Source: Piromyces finnis finn
Lineage: Eukaryota > Fungi > Neocallimastigomycota
DNA: 64,000 nucleotides
Direction of reading: 5' to 3'
Assembly: GCA_002104945.1 (NCBI GenBank)
Contig: MCFH01000052.1
Location: forward strand, 336,664 to 400,663
Shown: piece after piece, positions 48,361-60,792 of the stretch
Layout: every line of letters begins with the position of its first letter
Position numbering within the stretch: position 1 is the stretch's first letter
The notes under the pieces: generated by a model
Told to the model about the DNA's origin: nothing
Seen by the model: the letters and a program-made list of their open reading frames with translations, nothing else
The model's database searches: none
Position numbers and translations under genes: made by a program

Positions 48361-49582
48361 TGTCAAGAATAGAAGACGATTAAAAAATAAACTAAATGTT
48401 CAAATAAACAACTTAAAAATCAAATTTATATTTCAAAAAGTATAAAACACTTTTAAAAATAATTAAAAAGATCACTTGGAAAAATTTAATATTGAAAAGG
48501 GTTAAGGATCACAAAAATTTAATTTTCAATAAATTAACCCTTGAGAAGAAAATGCACTATACGAAACTAGTGATAACTTCCGAATCTCGTGTCCTATTTT
48601 CCTTTTCTAGAGACTTCAAATTAATTTTATTAGGAAGTACTAGTCGAGATCTATATTCTCACAAATTTTCAGCTAATTTAGACCACTAGTTCTTGAGATA
48701 TAGCTATTTAAAGAATTAATTAGTTCCAATAAATATATAATAATATATATTAAAATGATTAATATTAATTTATATAATTAAAGTCATTATTCAAGTCATC
48801 CAACTTTCTATAAATAATTCAATTTAAAAATTCTCCATTATTATTAAATAAGGTTAGATAATAAATATTCTTGATTATAAACCTAATCAATTATAAAAAT
48901 TAATTAATAATTTTTCAAATAATTTTGATTAATAACCTCAATCATAATCAAACCAAAAAAGCCTTTGGATCAAAAATCATTAGTTATAATTATTAATTAA
49001 TTAATCATGAGAATATATAATTAGTATCAGTAATTGTTATTCTCAATTTATAATATTAAATATTTACAATTTAAAATGGTTAAAACAATACTTTTATTTT
49101 AAAAGTAATTTAAAAGATTAATCTTAAGATCTATCATATGAATTCATATTATTAATATCAATATCAATTATTAATATTTTAATTTAAAATTATTTTATTT
49201 TTATCTTTATTATTAATATCAATATTAATATCAATGTAATTTTATTATATGTAAGAAAAAAAATATTTAAACAAAGAATTGAAATCAATCTTGAAATTCT
49301 TTGTAAGATTATTAATTATTAATTATTAACTATAATATAACTTAATAAATATTATCTTAATAAATAAATAATTAATAAACAAATTTCATAATTAAATTAT
49401 ATTAAAATTTTTATTTTAAATATAAAAACCTATTTAATTTTAAATTAGTATTAATTAAATTCTTTAATAAGTTTTGAAGAAAAGATTTAATAATAAATAA
49501 GTTTAATATTTTATTAGTAAATTAAGTTATATTATATAAAATATTCTGACCAAGTTACATATCAATCCTAGCTCACTCAACA
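48361..49582 (+). mobile_element. Solo LTR family J (1222 bp)
   Basis: TGTCAAG...CTCAACA; TTTAA on both sides; homolog at 492-4266. Confidence 0.9.
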
Positions 49583-49587
49583 TTTAA

Positions 49588-51909
49588 TGTCACGAATACT
49601 AGTGGAATCTGCAATTTCAAGATCACTTGAAATTGTGAAATTACTTATAAAATTTCAAAATCAATAATATTTTATTTTCAAATAAATTATAAAATTATAT
49701 TAAGAAATATTTAAAAAAATTTAGAAAAGGTTAAGATATGACCTTAACCCTTAATATTTTAATAATAAGTAACTTTAACCCTTATCGTCAAAATTAAATA
49801 AGGAAAAACATGTGTATCTCCTTAACGAATGGCGATTTTGGATAATTGTGTTTTGGGAGATTGTGGGTTCGTTAGAAATCCACGCTTGAGATAAACATCA
49901 TATCTTAAAATCAGGTCGATATCTCTGCTGGTTCACGAGATATTCCAATTTAAAGATATTTTGTTAGTAATGATTAATTGTTTATTCAGAGAATGATCAC
50001 CCCTGATGTATTGAACATAAATCATTCACCCAAAAGGATATAAATTATTGTTTTAATTAAATTAAGATTATTTTCCGGAATTAATTAACTTTATTTTATA
50101 ATAATTATTTCAATAACATAACTTATAATCTTTGAATTAAAAGATTATAAATTATTAATATTATATTCAATGAATTATATTATAATTAAGAAATAATTAA
50201 TATTATAAATATATAAACAATAGTTATTTTTAACAATTAGTAGTAAGTCTTAAGTTTAGCCTTAGTATTATAAAATATATTATGAATATAATCATGTACT
50301 AAAAAGTTATTTTAGTATTAAATGTAAAATTACAAATAGTATAAATAGTTTAGAATAGTTTTATGAATTAAATCTTTGTAAAGATTATTACCTTATTAAT
50401 ACTTAACAAGTAATACTATTAAATAATCTTATTATTATATATACTCTTCAAATAAAATAAAAAGAAATTATTTTAACTATAATACATAATTTAATTATTA
50501 TTATTCATTTAAAAAACAATTAAGATTATTTTAATAAAACATTTTTTCTAACCTAGTTATCTTTAATCTTTTATTTAATTTAATATTTTAATATTAAATT
50601 ATAAGTTTAGTAAAACTTTTACAATAATCTTTACCGCGTTTTTACCATAACTACCTTAGGAAAAAACTTAATTTAAAAAATTCCAAAATGACTCAACCAA
50701 CACCTAAACCAGTTCAACAATTTCTAAAGCCTCAAGATTTAGAAGAATTTAAGAAAAATCTTTGTGGTGAACTGGATAAGTACATTACTCAACAATTGGA
50801 CAAAAATACCACCTCCTTATTAGAACGTATGGATGCTATGTTAAAGGAACTCAAGAGCCGTGCTACTTATACTGAAACTGAAGAATCTTCTACTAGTTAT
50901 GATGAAGATCATGATGTTATAATGCGCAATAGAACCTATCCTATAAAACAAGTACCCGATCCAGGATTCTTTACTGGTGATACTACTCAGACTGAATTAT
51001 TCTGCGAACTCTGCCAAACTACCTTTAAAACTCCACCTAACAACCAGCTCTCTGAAGAAGTAAAAATTAACTTTGTTGTTGTTAGATTACGTGATTCTGC
51101 CAGAACTTGGTACCATATTAAATACAAAGATGGAATTGCTCCTATGATCATGAGCGAACTATTAAGTGAGTTAAACCAAGCCTTTTCAAATGTTACCAGT
51201 ACTAAATTAGCCATGATTCAATTAATAGAATTAAGACAAGCTTATGGAAAAGTGAATGATTATATTAACAAATTTAGAGATTTAAGTCGTTGCTTAGAAA
51301 TAGATGACACTAGTCTTTCACTATTATTTTTAAATGGATTACATCCAAAATATAAGAATGAAATTAAGAAAACTGATATTTTACCAAACACTTTAAGTGA
51401 AATGGTTACAAAGTGCATAATTTTTGAAAATTCTCTTGCAACCAATAACAAATTAAATATCAATATCAATAATAATAATATAATAATAATAATAATAAAA
51501 ACCAACATTACAACAAGAGAAAAAATAGAAAATTCAATAAGAATAAAAACCAATATCAAAATTCAAACAACAATAATAATTATGTCAATAAAGTTCAAAA
51601 AATTAACCCAAAAAACTAGGAAATGAACTCTCAAGAGAGTCTAAGAGGGTTCATAATACAAAAATAATACATTACAACTTTCCTACATATGACTCTAAAA
51701 TAAATATAAAATTGCCTACTACATTTTTTAATTTAAAATTTTATATTCCAATTAAATTAAACAAATTTTACGATTTAAAAGATTCAATTAATAAAAATCA
51801 ATACAATTTAATTTTAGATAGTGGCTCATATTGCAATTTTATTTCAATCAACTTAGTCAATAAATTAAAACTAAAACCACACAAATTATTACATTCAATC
51901 GAAATAAAT
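49588..51909 (+). mobile_element. 3'-truncated chromovirus, element D (same family as E)
   Basis: LTR 49588-50623 (family K), leader, gag and first part of protease; cut at 51909. Confidence 0.9.
50688..51626 (+). pseudogene. gag: Gag of element D, frameshifted in its Asn-rich tail
   Basis: Near-identical to E Gag up to the (AAT)n tract, then out of frame. Confidence 0.85.
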
Positions 51910-53041
51910 TGTTAAGTTTTTGGGTTTGGTTATGCGGCCAGGTCAGAATGTTATTAATTATATAGTAAAAATGTTTTTTAAGAAATTAAATTTAATTATA
52001 AAATAACACCTTAAACTCCCAAATGAAAATTGAAAAATTTATATTTACTTTAAAATAACTTTTTATAAATTTTTTATTTATTTAATAATAATAATATAAA
52101 TGATATTATAAGTAACTATATAATTAAGATTATAACTATAATCTTTACAAAGAATTAAAATCGAATTCAATTCATTCTCTTTTATATTCTTTGTTCAGAT
52201 TATTAAATTGATATTAATAAGAATAAAGTATTACATGTAATATATTAGTAATATAATTAAATAAGTAATAAGATTGTTTGTTTGTTTGTTTGTTTGTCAT
52301 GACATAAAATAAAATAAACATATGATTAATCATTTAAACAGTTGATCCTAATTAGTAATTATAAAAACTATTCAATTAATAATTCATCATTATTAATTGA
52401 TATTACCATAACATATTTGTTATAATTAAATAATTATTATTTTCAAAATTATTTCTAATAAAACTTGCCGTTAACCTATTTTATAATAATTAAGATTATT
52501 TAATTTATAGGTGTTAACTGTTACACCTAAATGGGTCTAGTTCTATTTTTAGTAACAATCGTTATCATTAATTAAATTAATATAACTAAAATTTCTATTG
52601 ATATATTTTTAATTTCATCAAGTCATAAGAAATATTTATGATCCATACTTGATATCATATTGATTTTAATTTACCTAATAAAATCTTTAAATGATCATAA
52701 CTTCCTTAAATGATCAGTTAGAAGGACCGCGATTGTACCAAATTGTAGCTTTCTTCCTAAGCTTTCCAATAAACCTAGTTTCATCACCGTAGTACTTATA
52801 GCCGTAGCGATCGTTTTTGGCGAGTTACACCTTATTTCGTACTTGCTTATTTTTGGTTAAGGGTTATAGTGTATTGATATTAAATTTTTGAAATCATAAC
52901 CCTTTCACTGAATCAAAATTTAAAAGGTGACTTTTAAAAGTGTTTTAAAATAATTATTGAAATTATTTAATTATAATTATTATGTTTAATTAATTATAGA
53001 TATTATCTGAATTTGTTTTAAATCCAGTTAATATCTCCACA
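51910..53041 (-). mobile_element. Solo LTR family I (1132 bp) with non-matching flanks
   Basis: Inverted homolog of 47357-48355; flanks TAAAT vs ATTAT. Confidence 0.85.
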
Positions 53042-54999
53042 ATTATTGTAAAAGTTTTACTAAACTTATAATTTAATATTAAAATATTAAATTAAATAAA
53101 AGGTTAAAAGATAACTAGGTTAGAAAAAAAAATGTTTTATTAAAATAATCTTAATTGATTTATAAATGAATAATTATATTATGTATTATAGTTAAAATAA
53201 TTCCTTTTTATTTTATTTAAAGAATATATATAATAATAAGATTATTTAATAGTAATACTTATTAAGTATTAATAAGATAATAATCTTTACAAAGATTTAA
53301 TTCATAAAACTATTCTAAACTATTTATACTATTTGTAATTTTACATTTAATAATAAAATAACTTTTCAATACATGATTATATTCATAATATATTTTATAA
53401 TACTTAAACTAAACTTAAGACTTATTCCTAATTATTAAAAAATAACTATTGTTTATAATATTCATAATATTAATTATTTCTTAATTATAATATAATTCAT
53501 TGAATATAATATTAATAATTATAATCCTCTAGTTCAAAGATTATAAATTATGTTATTGAAATAATTATTATAAAATAAAGTTAATTAGTTCCGGAAAATA
53601 ATTTTAATTTAATTAAACAATAATTTTTTATACTTTGAGTGAATGATTTATGTTTGATATATCAGGGGTGATCATTCTCTGAATAAACAATTAATCATTG
53701 CTAACAAAATATCTTTAAATTGGAATATCTCGTGAACCAGCAGAGATATTGACCTGATTTTAAGATATGTTGTTTGTCTCGAGCGTGGCTTTCTAACGAA
53801 CGTAATTATAACCAAAATATTATTATTCAAAAATCGTCATTCGTTGAGGAGATACGCGTGTTTTTTCTTATTCCATTTTAACGATAAGGGTTAAAGTTAT
53901 TTATTATAAAAATTATTAAGGGTTAAGGTCATATTTTAACCTTTTCTAAATTTTTAAATATTTCTTAATAAAATTTTATAATTTATTTGAAAATAAAATA
54001 TTTGTTGATTTTGAATTTTCATAAGTGATTTCACAATTCCAAGTGATCTTGAAATTGTAATTTCACTAGTATTCGTGACATCGCTCCGCCAAAAAAAATC
54101 GAATACCAGGCGATTGAAATAATATAAAATAAAGTTGTATAATAAAGTATAATTGAAATAAATTGAAGTAGTATATATTAAATATAAACCAATATATAGT
54201 TGTATGTGTAACATGAAATAAAATGGTAACTAAATAAAGAATATATTTAATATAATATGTTGAATATATTGCAATATATGAAATAAAATTAAAAAACATT
54301 TTCTTGTGTAACATTCAGTCAAATTCATAAAATTTTTGAAAGAAATGTTGAAATTTAAATTGATCATTGAGTGAAAAAATTGAAATTCGTACGAAAAATT
54401 AAAATTTGAATAAGAAATATTATTCCTAGGATATTGAAACACTTTTTATTTTTGAAAAATGTTAACATTTGCTAAAATAATTGAAATTTCAAAAATTGAT
54501 CAAATAAACTTTAATTAATATGATTTTGAAAAAAAAAATTTTTTGAAATTTTTGAAAAATTTTTAATAATAAAAAATTTTTTCATTAAATACAAAAAAAA
54601 TTTTGAACTAAACTTTTGAAAAAATGTCACTGAAAGAATATTGATTTTAATGATCGATCGAGATAGTGACAATATTGAAATTGATACTATTGAATAGAGA
54701 ATAAAATAAGCATTAACAACATATAAATATTTGTAATTGTACTGCTAAAATAAATTGAAAATTATTCTCTTTAAATATTTAATTTTCATTATAAAAATTT
54801 TGTGTTTTAAATTAAATAAATTGATAAAATTGTTGGATCAAAAATTATTGAATTGAAATTTAACATTCATAGAAAAAATTTTTGAAATTTGTGTTGAAAT
54901 GTATTAGATGAGTAATACAAATTATAATAAAACATAATGTTAGTGAAAGATATTAACAAATTTTTAAAAAATAAAATTGTTGAAATGCAATTTAAAGAA

Positions 55000-57900
55000 T
55001 TAGATTTTGTGTTTTCTAATACTTTTATTGAATTGAATTAATAATTCTTGATATCTTGGGTCACTTTCTATTACTGTAGCAGGAACCCAGTGCCAACTTA
55101 GGCGGTGATTATAACGAATTTTATATTCGTAGCGTTTTTCTTTATAATTTGTCCTAAAGTCACCAATTTCTATAATTTCTGCATTAGTTTCTTTATATTT
55201 AAATCTATTTTTAAATTTATCTGGCGTAGATACATAAGGTTCAAGTTCCGATATGTGAAATACAGGGTGGTGTTTTGGAAAAGGTGATTTTGAAATATCT
55301 ATTTTATAATTACCATTGTTTAAAACTTCTAAAACCTTGTAAGGACCATACTTACGAGGCGCTAGTTTGGCATTTTCAGTAGTAGCAAAAGCAGGAGGTG
55401 CATGAATCCAAACTTTTTGTCCTTCATTCAATTCAGGAGCAATAATTCTTTTCTTATCGGCAGCTCTTTTGTATAAATCTTGAGATCTAAGCAAAACATC
55501 TTTAACTAAAAGGAAATTTTTACTAACATCTTTAATGTATTTAAAGTTTGAATCAGAACCTTGAAACAAAAAGACATCATCCATAGGTGGGTGGAATCCA
55601 TAATTAATGAAAAATGGAGTTTGTTTTGTCGATTCATGAACTGTATTATTATAAACAAATTCAGCTAGATGTAACCATTCAATCCAGTCATCGTGGAAAA
55701 ATGTTCTTGAATAGCAACGTAAATATTGTTCAATGAAAGAGTTACAACGTTCTACTTGACCAACGGTCTCATGGTGATCTGTGGTAGCTATTTTTGGCTT
55801 AACACGCAATTTTTCCATAATTTCTATCCATAAAGCACTAGTAAATTGTGTTCCTCTGTCCGTATAAATATCTGTAGGTAGTCCATGGAGTTTAAAAATA
55901 TTTTTTAGGAAAGCTTTGGCAGTTTCTTCAGCTGTAGGTATTTCTTTGAACGGAATAAGGTGAATCATTTTTGAAAAGCGATCTACAACAACCATTATAA
56001 CGGAAAACTTTTTTGATTCAGGGAGACCACAAAGAAAATCGATTTCAATAGATTTCCAAGGGCGATCAGGAATTTCTAAAGGTCTTAAAAGATCATATCT
56101 TTTATGTCTATTAACTTTATTTCTGGAACATTGTTCGCAAGAATTGACAAAATTTACGATATCTTGATGCATTTTGGGCCACCAAAAATTACGGTTAATT
56201 AGTTCTTCAGTTCTTCGAATACCTAAATGGCCAGCAGTAGCGTTATCATGGTACCTGGTTAAAATATCTACATGAAGTTTTTCTGGTACATAAATTAAAT
56301 TATTATATAAAATTAAATTATTTTTTATTTTAAATTTTTCCATTTTTCTGAAAGGTCTGTAAAAGTAACCTTGATTAGCATTATTAGGACTAAAGTAAAG
56401 ATAAATATTATTCGCATTTTCATCATCCTTATAATTTTCTATTATTTGATCAATGAGAGAACCAACAATACCAACAAAACATGGAGTATCGGGAACGTTT
56501 TTATAATCTAATATATGTTCTGGTTTAGGTTCAACATTATTTTTCTCGTAATCAGGTCTTCTTGACAAACTATCAGGTTTACCATTTTTTCTTCCTTGGC
56601 GGTATATTAATTGAAAATTATATTCTTGGAAAAATAAATGCCAACGATGTTGACGTTGGTTTCCGACTTTACCACCTAAGGTGTATAGAAGGTTTTTATG
56701 GTCAGTAAAAACGGTTACTTGGTATTTAGCACCTAGTAATAAATGTCTCCAGGTAGAAAATGCACATTTTATAGCTAAAAGTTCCTTTTCAGTAATTGAA
56801 TAATTTAATTCAGCATTGTTTAAACATCTTGAATAATATGCTACAGGATGTAATTTGTTATCTTCATCCTTTTGAGAAAGTATACAACCAATGGCAAAAT
56901 TACTAGCATCGCATTCGACAATAAATGGTTTGGTTGGATCTGGATGTAATAAAATAGGTGAAGAGATTAGTCTCTTTTTTAATTCTAAAAATGAGTTATT
57001 ACATTTATCATTCCAATTAAAACTAGTATTTTTCTTTGTTAAATTGTGAAGCGGTTTAGCAATAGTAGCAAAATCTTTTATAAATCTTCTATAATAGTTG
57101 CATAATCCAACAAAGCGTTGAACATCTTTTACACAATTAGGTGTAGGCCATTCTTGGACAGATTTAATTTTCTTTGGATCAGTAGATATACCATTGCCTG
57201 ATATAACGTGTCCTAAAAATTCAACTTCTGGCTTGTGAAATTCACATTTCTTTAATTTAGCAAATAAATTATTTTTGAGCAGTGTTTGGAGAACAGTACG
57301 AACATGTTGTATATGTTCATCTAATGTTTCCGAGTAAATCAGAATATCATCTAAATATAAAATAACAAATTTTTCTAAATAAGGGCGTAATACTGAATTA
57401 ATAAATGATTGAAATGTAGCAGGGGCATTTCTTAGACCAAAAGGCATTACTAAATATTCATAGTGACCATATTTAGTTCTAAAAGCTGTCTTATATTCGT
57501 CTCCTTCACGAATACGCACTAAATTGTAAGCAGAACGAAGATCTAATTTTGAAAAAAATTTAGCACCTTTCACTCTTTCGATAATATCAGTAATTAGAGG
57601 AAGTGGGTAAGAATTGCGAATTGTAACTGCATTTAATTTTTTGTAATCAATACAAAGACGTAACGATCCATCCTTCTTTTTCTGAAATAAAACAGGATAA
57701 CCAGCTGGAGATTCAGATGGTCTAATGAATCCTTTCTTGAGATTTTCATCTATGTATTCTTTAAGAACTTGGGATTCATCTTCAGATAGAGGATATATAG
57801 GACCATAATGTAAAGAAGCATCTTTTTGTAAAACGATTTTACAATCCGTTAGCCTATGTGGTGGTAGTTTATCAGCCTTAACCTTGCTGAAAACTTCCGC

Positions 57901-58605
57901 TAAATCACGATATGGTTCTGGTACTTCTTCTAATTTGAAGTCTTCTTCATTATCATCTTCATCATCAGTATTATAATCTTTTTCACTATTAGCTAAAAAT
58001 GAGTGAATAAAGTAATTATAGCTGAAATTTTGATATTTTGGTTTAGAGTAATTTTTCAAATTATTAAAAGATGTATTGGAAGTTAATTTATTATGATTAA
58101 TGGTTTTAATTTTTAAATTTTTGGATTTATTCAATCGGTTTTTATTAATTTTATATATAATTTTATTAGAATTTAATTTTTTAAAATTGTTAAAATTTAA
58201 ACTTGAATATACAAAATTTTTATTATAATTAAAATGTAGTTGATATTTGTGTAAAAATTTATTGCCTAATAACAAATCTGTTGGAAGATTTTTAATAATT
58301 AGAAATTTTTCTTTAAAAGTAATTAAAAATTTTGAATGATTAATATAGATAGTAGTCTTAAAATATAAGAAGGTGTATGTATCAATAAATATTGAACCAC
58401 TAATTCCATTTATTTCAATTGAGTGTAATAATTTGTGTGGTTTTAGTTTTAATTTATTGACCAAGTTGATTGAAATAAAGTTGCAATATGAGCCACTATC
58501 TAAAATTAAATTGTATTGATTTTTATTAATTGAATTTTTTAAATCATAAAGTTTGTTTAATTTAATTGGGATAAAAAATTTTAAGTTGAAAAATGTTGTA
58601 GGCAA
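55000..58605 (-). CDS. pol: Pol (PR-RT-RH-IN-chromodomain) of element E; frame is open upstream to ~58707
   Basis: ILDSGSY protease, YLDD RT, CDAS RNase H, HHCC, DDE, GPY, chromodomain-like tail (EIIEIGDFRTNYKEKRYEYKIRY...WVP). Confidence 0.95.
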   Translation of the reverse strand: MPTTFFNLKFFIPIKLNKLYDLKNSINKNQYNLILDSGSYCNFISINLVNKLKLKPHKLLHSIEINGISGSIFIDTYTFLYFKTTIYINHSKFLITFKEKFLIIKNLPTDLLLGNKFLHKYQLHFNYNKNFVYSSLNFNNFKKLNSNKIIYKINKNRLNKSKNLKIKTINHNKLTSNTSFNNLKNYSKPKYQNFSYNYFIHSFLANSEKDYNTDDEDDNEEDFKLEEVPEPYRDLAEVFSKVKADKLPPHRLTDCKIVLQKDASLHYGPIYPLSEDESQVLKEYIDENLKKGFIRPSESPAGYPVLFQKKKDGSLRLCIDYKKLNAVTIRNSYPLPLITDIIERVKGAKFFSKLDLRSAYNLVRIREGDEYKTAFRTKYGHYEYLVMPFGLRNAPATFQSFINSVLRPYLEKFVILYLDDILIYSETLDEHIQHVRTVLQTLLKNNLFAKLKKCEFHKPEVEFLGHVISGNGISTDPKKIKSVQEWPTPNCVKDVQRFVGLCNYYRRFIKDFATIAKPLHNLTKKNTSFNWNDKCNNSFLELKKRLISSPILLHPDPTKPFIVECDASNFAIGCILSQKDEDNKLHPVAYYSRCLNNAELNYSITEKELLAIKCAFSTWRHLLLGAKYQVTVFTDHKNLLYTLGGKVGNQRQHRWHLFFQEYNFQLIYRQGRKNGKPDSLSRRPDYEKNNVEPKPEHILDYKNVPDTPCFVGIVGSLIDQIIENYKDDENANNIYLYFSPNNANQGYFYRPFRKMEKFKIKNNLILYNNLIYVPEKLHVDILTRYHDNATAGHLGIRRTEELINRNFWWPKMHQDIVNFVNSCEQCSRNKVNRHKRYDLLRPLEIPDRPWKSIEIDFLCGLPESKKFSVIMVVVDRFSKMIHLIPFKEIPTAEETAKAFLKNIFKLHGLPTDIYTDRGTQFTSALWIEIMEKLRVKPKIATTDHHETVGQVERCNSFIEQYLRCYSRTFFHDDWIEWLHLAEFVYNNTVHESTKQTPFFINYGFHPPMDDVFLFQGSDSNFKYIKDVSKNFLLVKDVLLRSQDLYKRAADKKRIIAPELNEGQKVWIHAPPAFATTENAKLAPRKYGPYKVLEVLNNGNYKIDISKSPFPKHHPVFHISELEPYVSTPDKFKNRFKYKETNAEIIEIGDFRTNYKEKRYEYKIRYNHRLSWHWVPATVIESDPRYQELLIQFNKSIRKHKI

Positions 58606-58697
58606 TTTTTTATTTATTTTAGAGTCATATGTAGGAAAGTTGTAATGTATTATTTTTGTATTATGAACTCTCTTAGACTCTCTTGAGAGTTCATTTC

Positions 58698-59608
58698 TTA
58701 GTTTTTTGAGTTCATTTTTTGAACTTTATTGACATAATTATTATTATTGTTTGAATTTTGATAATGGGTTTTATTCTTATTGAATTTCCTATTGTTTCTC
58801 TTATTGTAATGTTGATTTTTATTATTATTATTATTGATATTTAATTTATTATTAGTAGCAAGAGAATTTTCAAAAATTATACACTTTGTAACCATTTCAC
58901 TTAAAGTGTTAGGTAAAATATCAGCTTTCTTAATTTCATTCTTATATTTTGGATGTAATCCATTTAAAAATATTAGTGAAAGACTAATGTCATCTATCTC
59001 TAAACAACGACTTAAATCTCTAAATTTGTTAATATAATCGTTCACTTTTCCATAAGCTTGTCTTAATTCTATTAATTGAATCATGGCTAATTTGGTACTG
59101 GTAACATTTGAAAAAGCTTTGTTTAATTCACTTAATAGTTCGTTCATAGTCATAGGAGTAATACCATCTTTATATTTAATATGATACCAAGTTCTGGCAG
59201 AATCACGTAATCTAACAACAACAAAGTTAATTTTTACTTCTTCAGATAGTTGATTGTTAGGTGGAGTTTTAAAGGTAGCTTGGCAGAGTTCGCAGAATAA
59301 CTCAGTCTGAGTAGTATCACCAGTAAAGAATCCTGGATCTGGTACTTGTTTGATAGGATAGGTTCTATTACGCATTATAACATCATGATCTTCATCATAA
59401 TCAGTAGAAGATTCCTCGGTTTCAGTATAATTAGCACGACTCTTAAGTTCCTTTAACATAGCATCCATACGTTCTAACAAGGAGGTGGTATTTTTATCCA
59501 ATTGTTGAGTGATATACTTGTCTAATTCACCACAAAGATTTTTCTTAAATTCTTCTAAATCTTGAGGCTTTAGGAATTGTTGAACTGGTTTAGGTGTTGG
59601 TTGAGTCA

Positions 59609-59609
<1 letters not shown>
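58698..59609 (-). CDS. gag: Gag (element E)
   Basis: 303 aa, homologous to A and D Gag. Confidence 0.92.
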
Positions 59610-59639
<30 letters not shown>

Positions 59640-60730
59640 AAATTAAGTTTTTTCCTAAGGTAGTTATGGTAAAAAACGCGGTAAAGATTATTGTAAAAGT
59701 TTTACTAAACTTATAATTTAATATTAAAATATTAAATTAAATAAAAGGTTAAAAGATAACTAGGTTAGAAAAAAAAATGTTTTATTAAAATAATCTTAAT
59801 TGATTTATAAATGAATAATTATATTATGTATTATAGTTAAAATAATTCCTTTTTATTTTATTTAAAGAATATATATAATAATAAGATTATTTAATAGTAA
59901 TACTTATTAAGTATTAATAAGATAATAATCTTTACAAAGATTTAATTCATAAAACTATTCTAAACTATTTATACTATTTGTAATTTTACATTTAATAATA
60001 AAATAACTTTTCAATACATGATTATATTCATAATATATTTTATAATACTTAAACTAAACTTAAGACTTATTCCTAATTATTAAAAAATAACTATTGTTTA
60101 TAATATTCATAATATTAATCATTTCTTAATTATAATATAATTCATTGAATATAATATTAATAATTATAATCCTCTAGTTCAAAGATTATAAATTATGTTA
60201 TTGAAATAATTATTATAAAATAAAGTTAATTAGTTCCGGAAAATAATTTTAATTTAATTAAACAATAATTTTTTATACTTTGAGTGAATGATTTATGTTT
60301 GATATATCAGGGGTGATCATTCTCTGAATAAACAATTAATCATTGCTAACAAAATATCTTTAAATTGGAATATCTCGTGAACCAGCAGAGATATTGACCT
60401 GATTTTAAGATATGTTGTTTGTCTCGAGCGTGGCTTTCTAACGAACGTAATTATAACCAAAATATTATTATTCAAAAATCGTCATTCGTTGAGGAGATAC
60501 GCGTGTTTTTTCTTATTCCATTTTAACGATAAGGGTTAAAGTTATTTATTATAAAAATTATTAAGGGTTAAGGTCATATTTTAACCTTTTCTAAATTTTT
60601 AAATATTTCTTAATAAAATTTTATAATTTATTTGAAAATAAAATATTTGTTGATTTTGAATTTTCATAAGTGATTTCACAATTCCAAGTGATCTTGAAAT
60701 TGTAATTTCACTAGTATTCGTGACAATTAT

Positions 60731-60776
60731 TCATGAAATACTTAAAATATTATATTTTTCTATGCATCTTGTATCA
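60731..60776. mobile_element. Probable LTR terminal stub ending GTATCA, 16 bp upstream of tRNA-Gly
   Basis: Same terminal hexamer as families B and G and the same spacing to the tRNA; the rest is not identifiable. Confidence 0.5.
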
Positions 60777-60792
60777 AATATATTAAAGTAAA

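Larger units (their letters stand above)
53047..60725 (-). mobile_element. Full-length, apparently intact Ty3/gypsy chromovirus, element E, 67 bp upstream of tRNA-Gly
   Basis: 1034-bp LTRs 53047-54080 and 59692-60725 (one mismatch noticed); 5-bp TSD ATTAT; PPT GGCGGAGCGA; open gag and pol. Confidence 0.96.

Noticed and set aside
48492-54442. Short ORFs in LTRs or the 3' UTR (48492, 53954, 54066, 54230)
   Set aside because: Lie in non-coding element parts and show no sign of coding conservation between copies.
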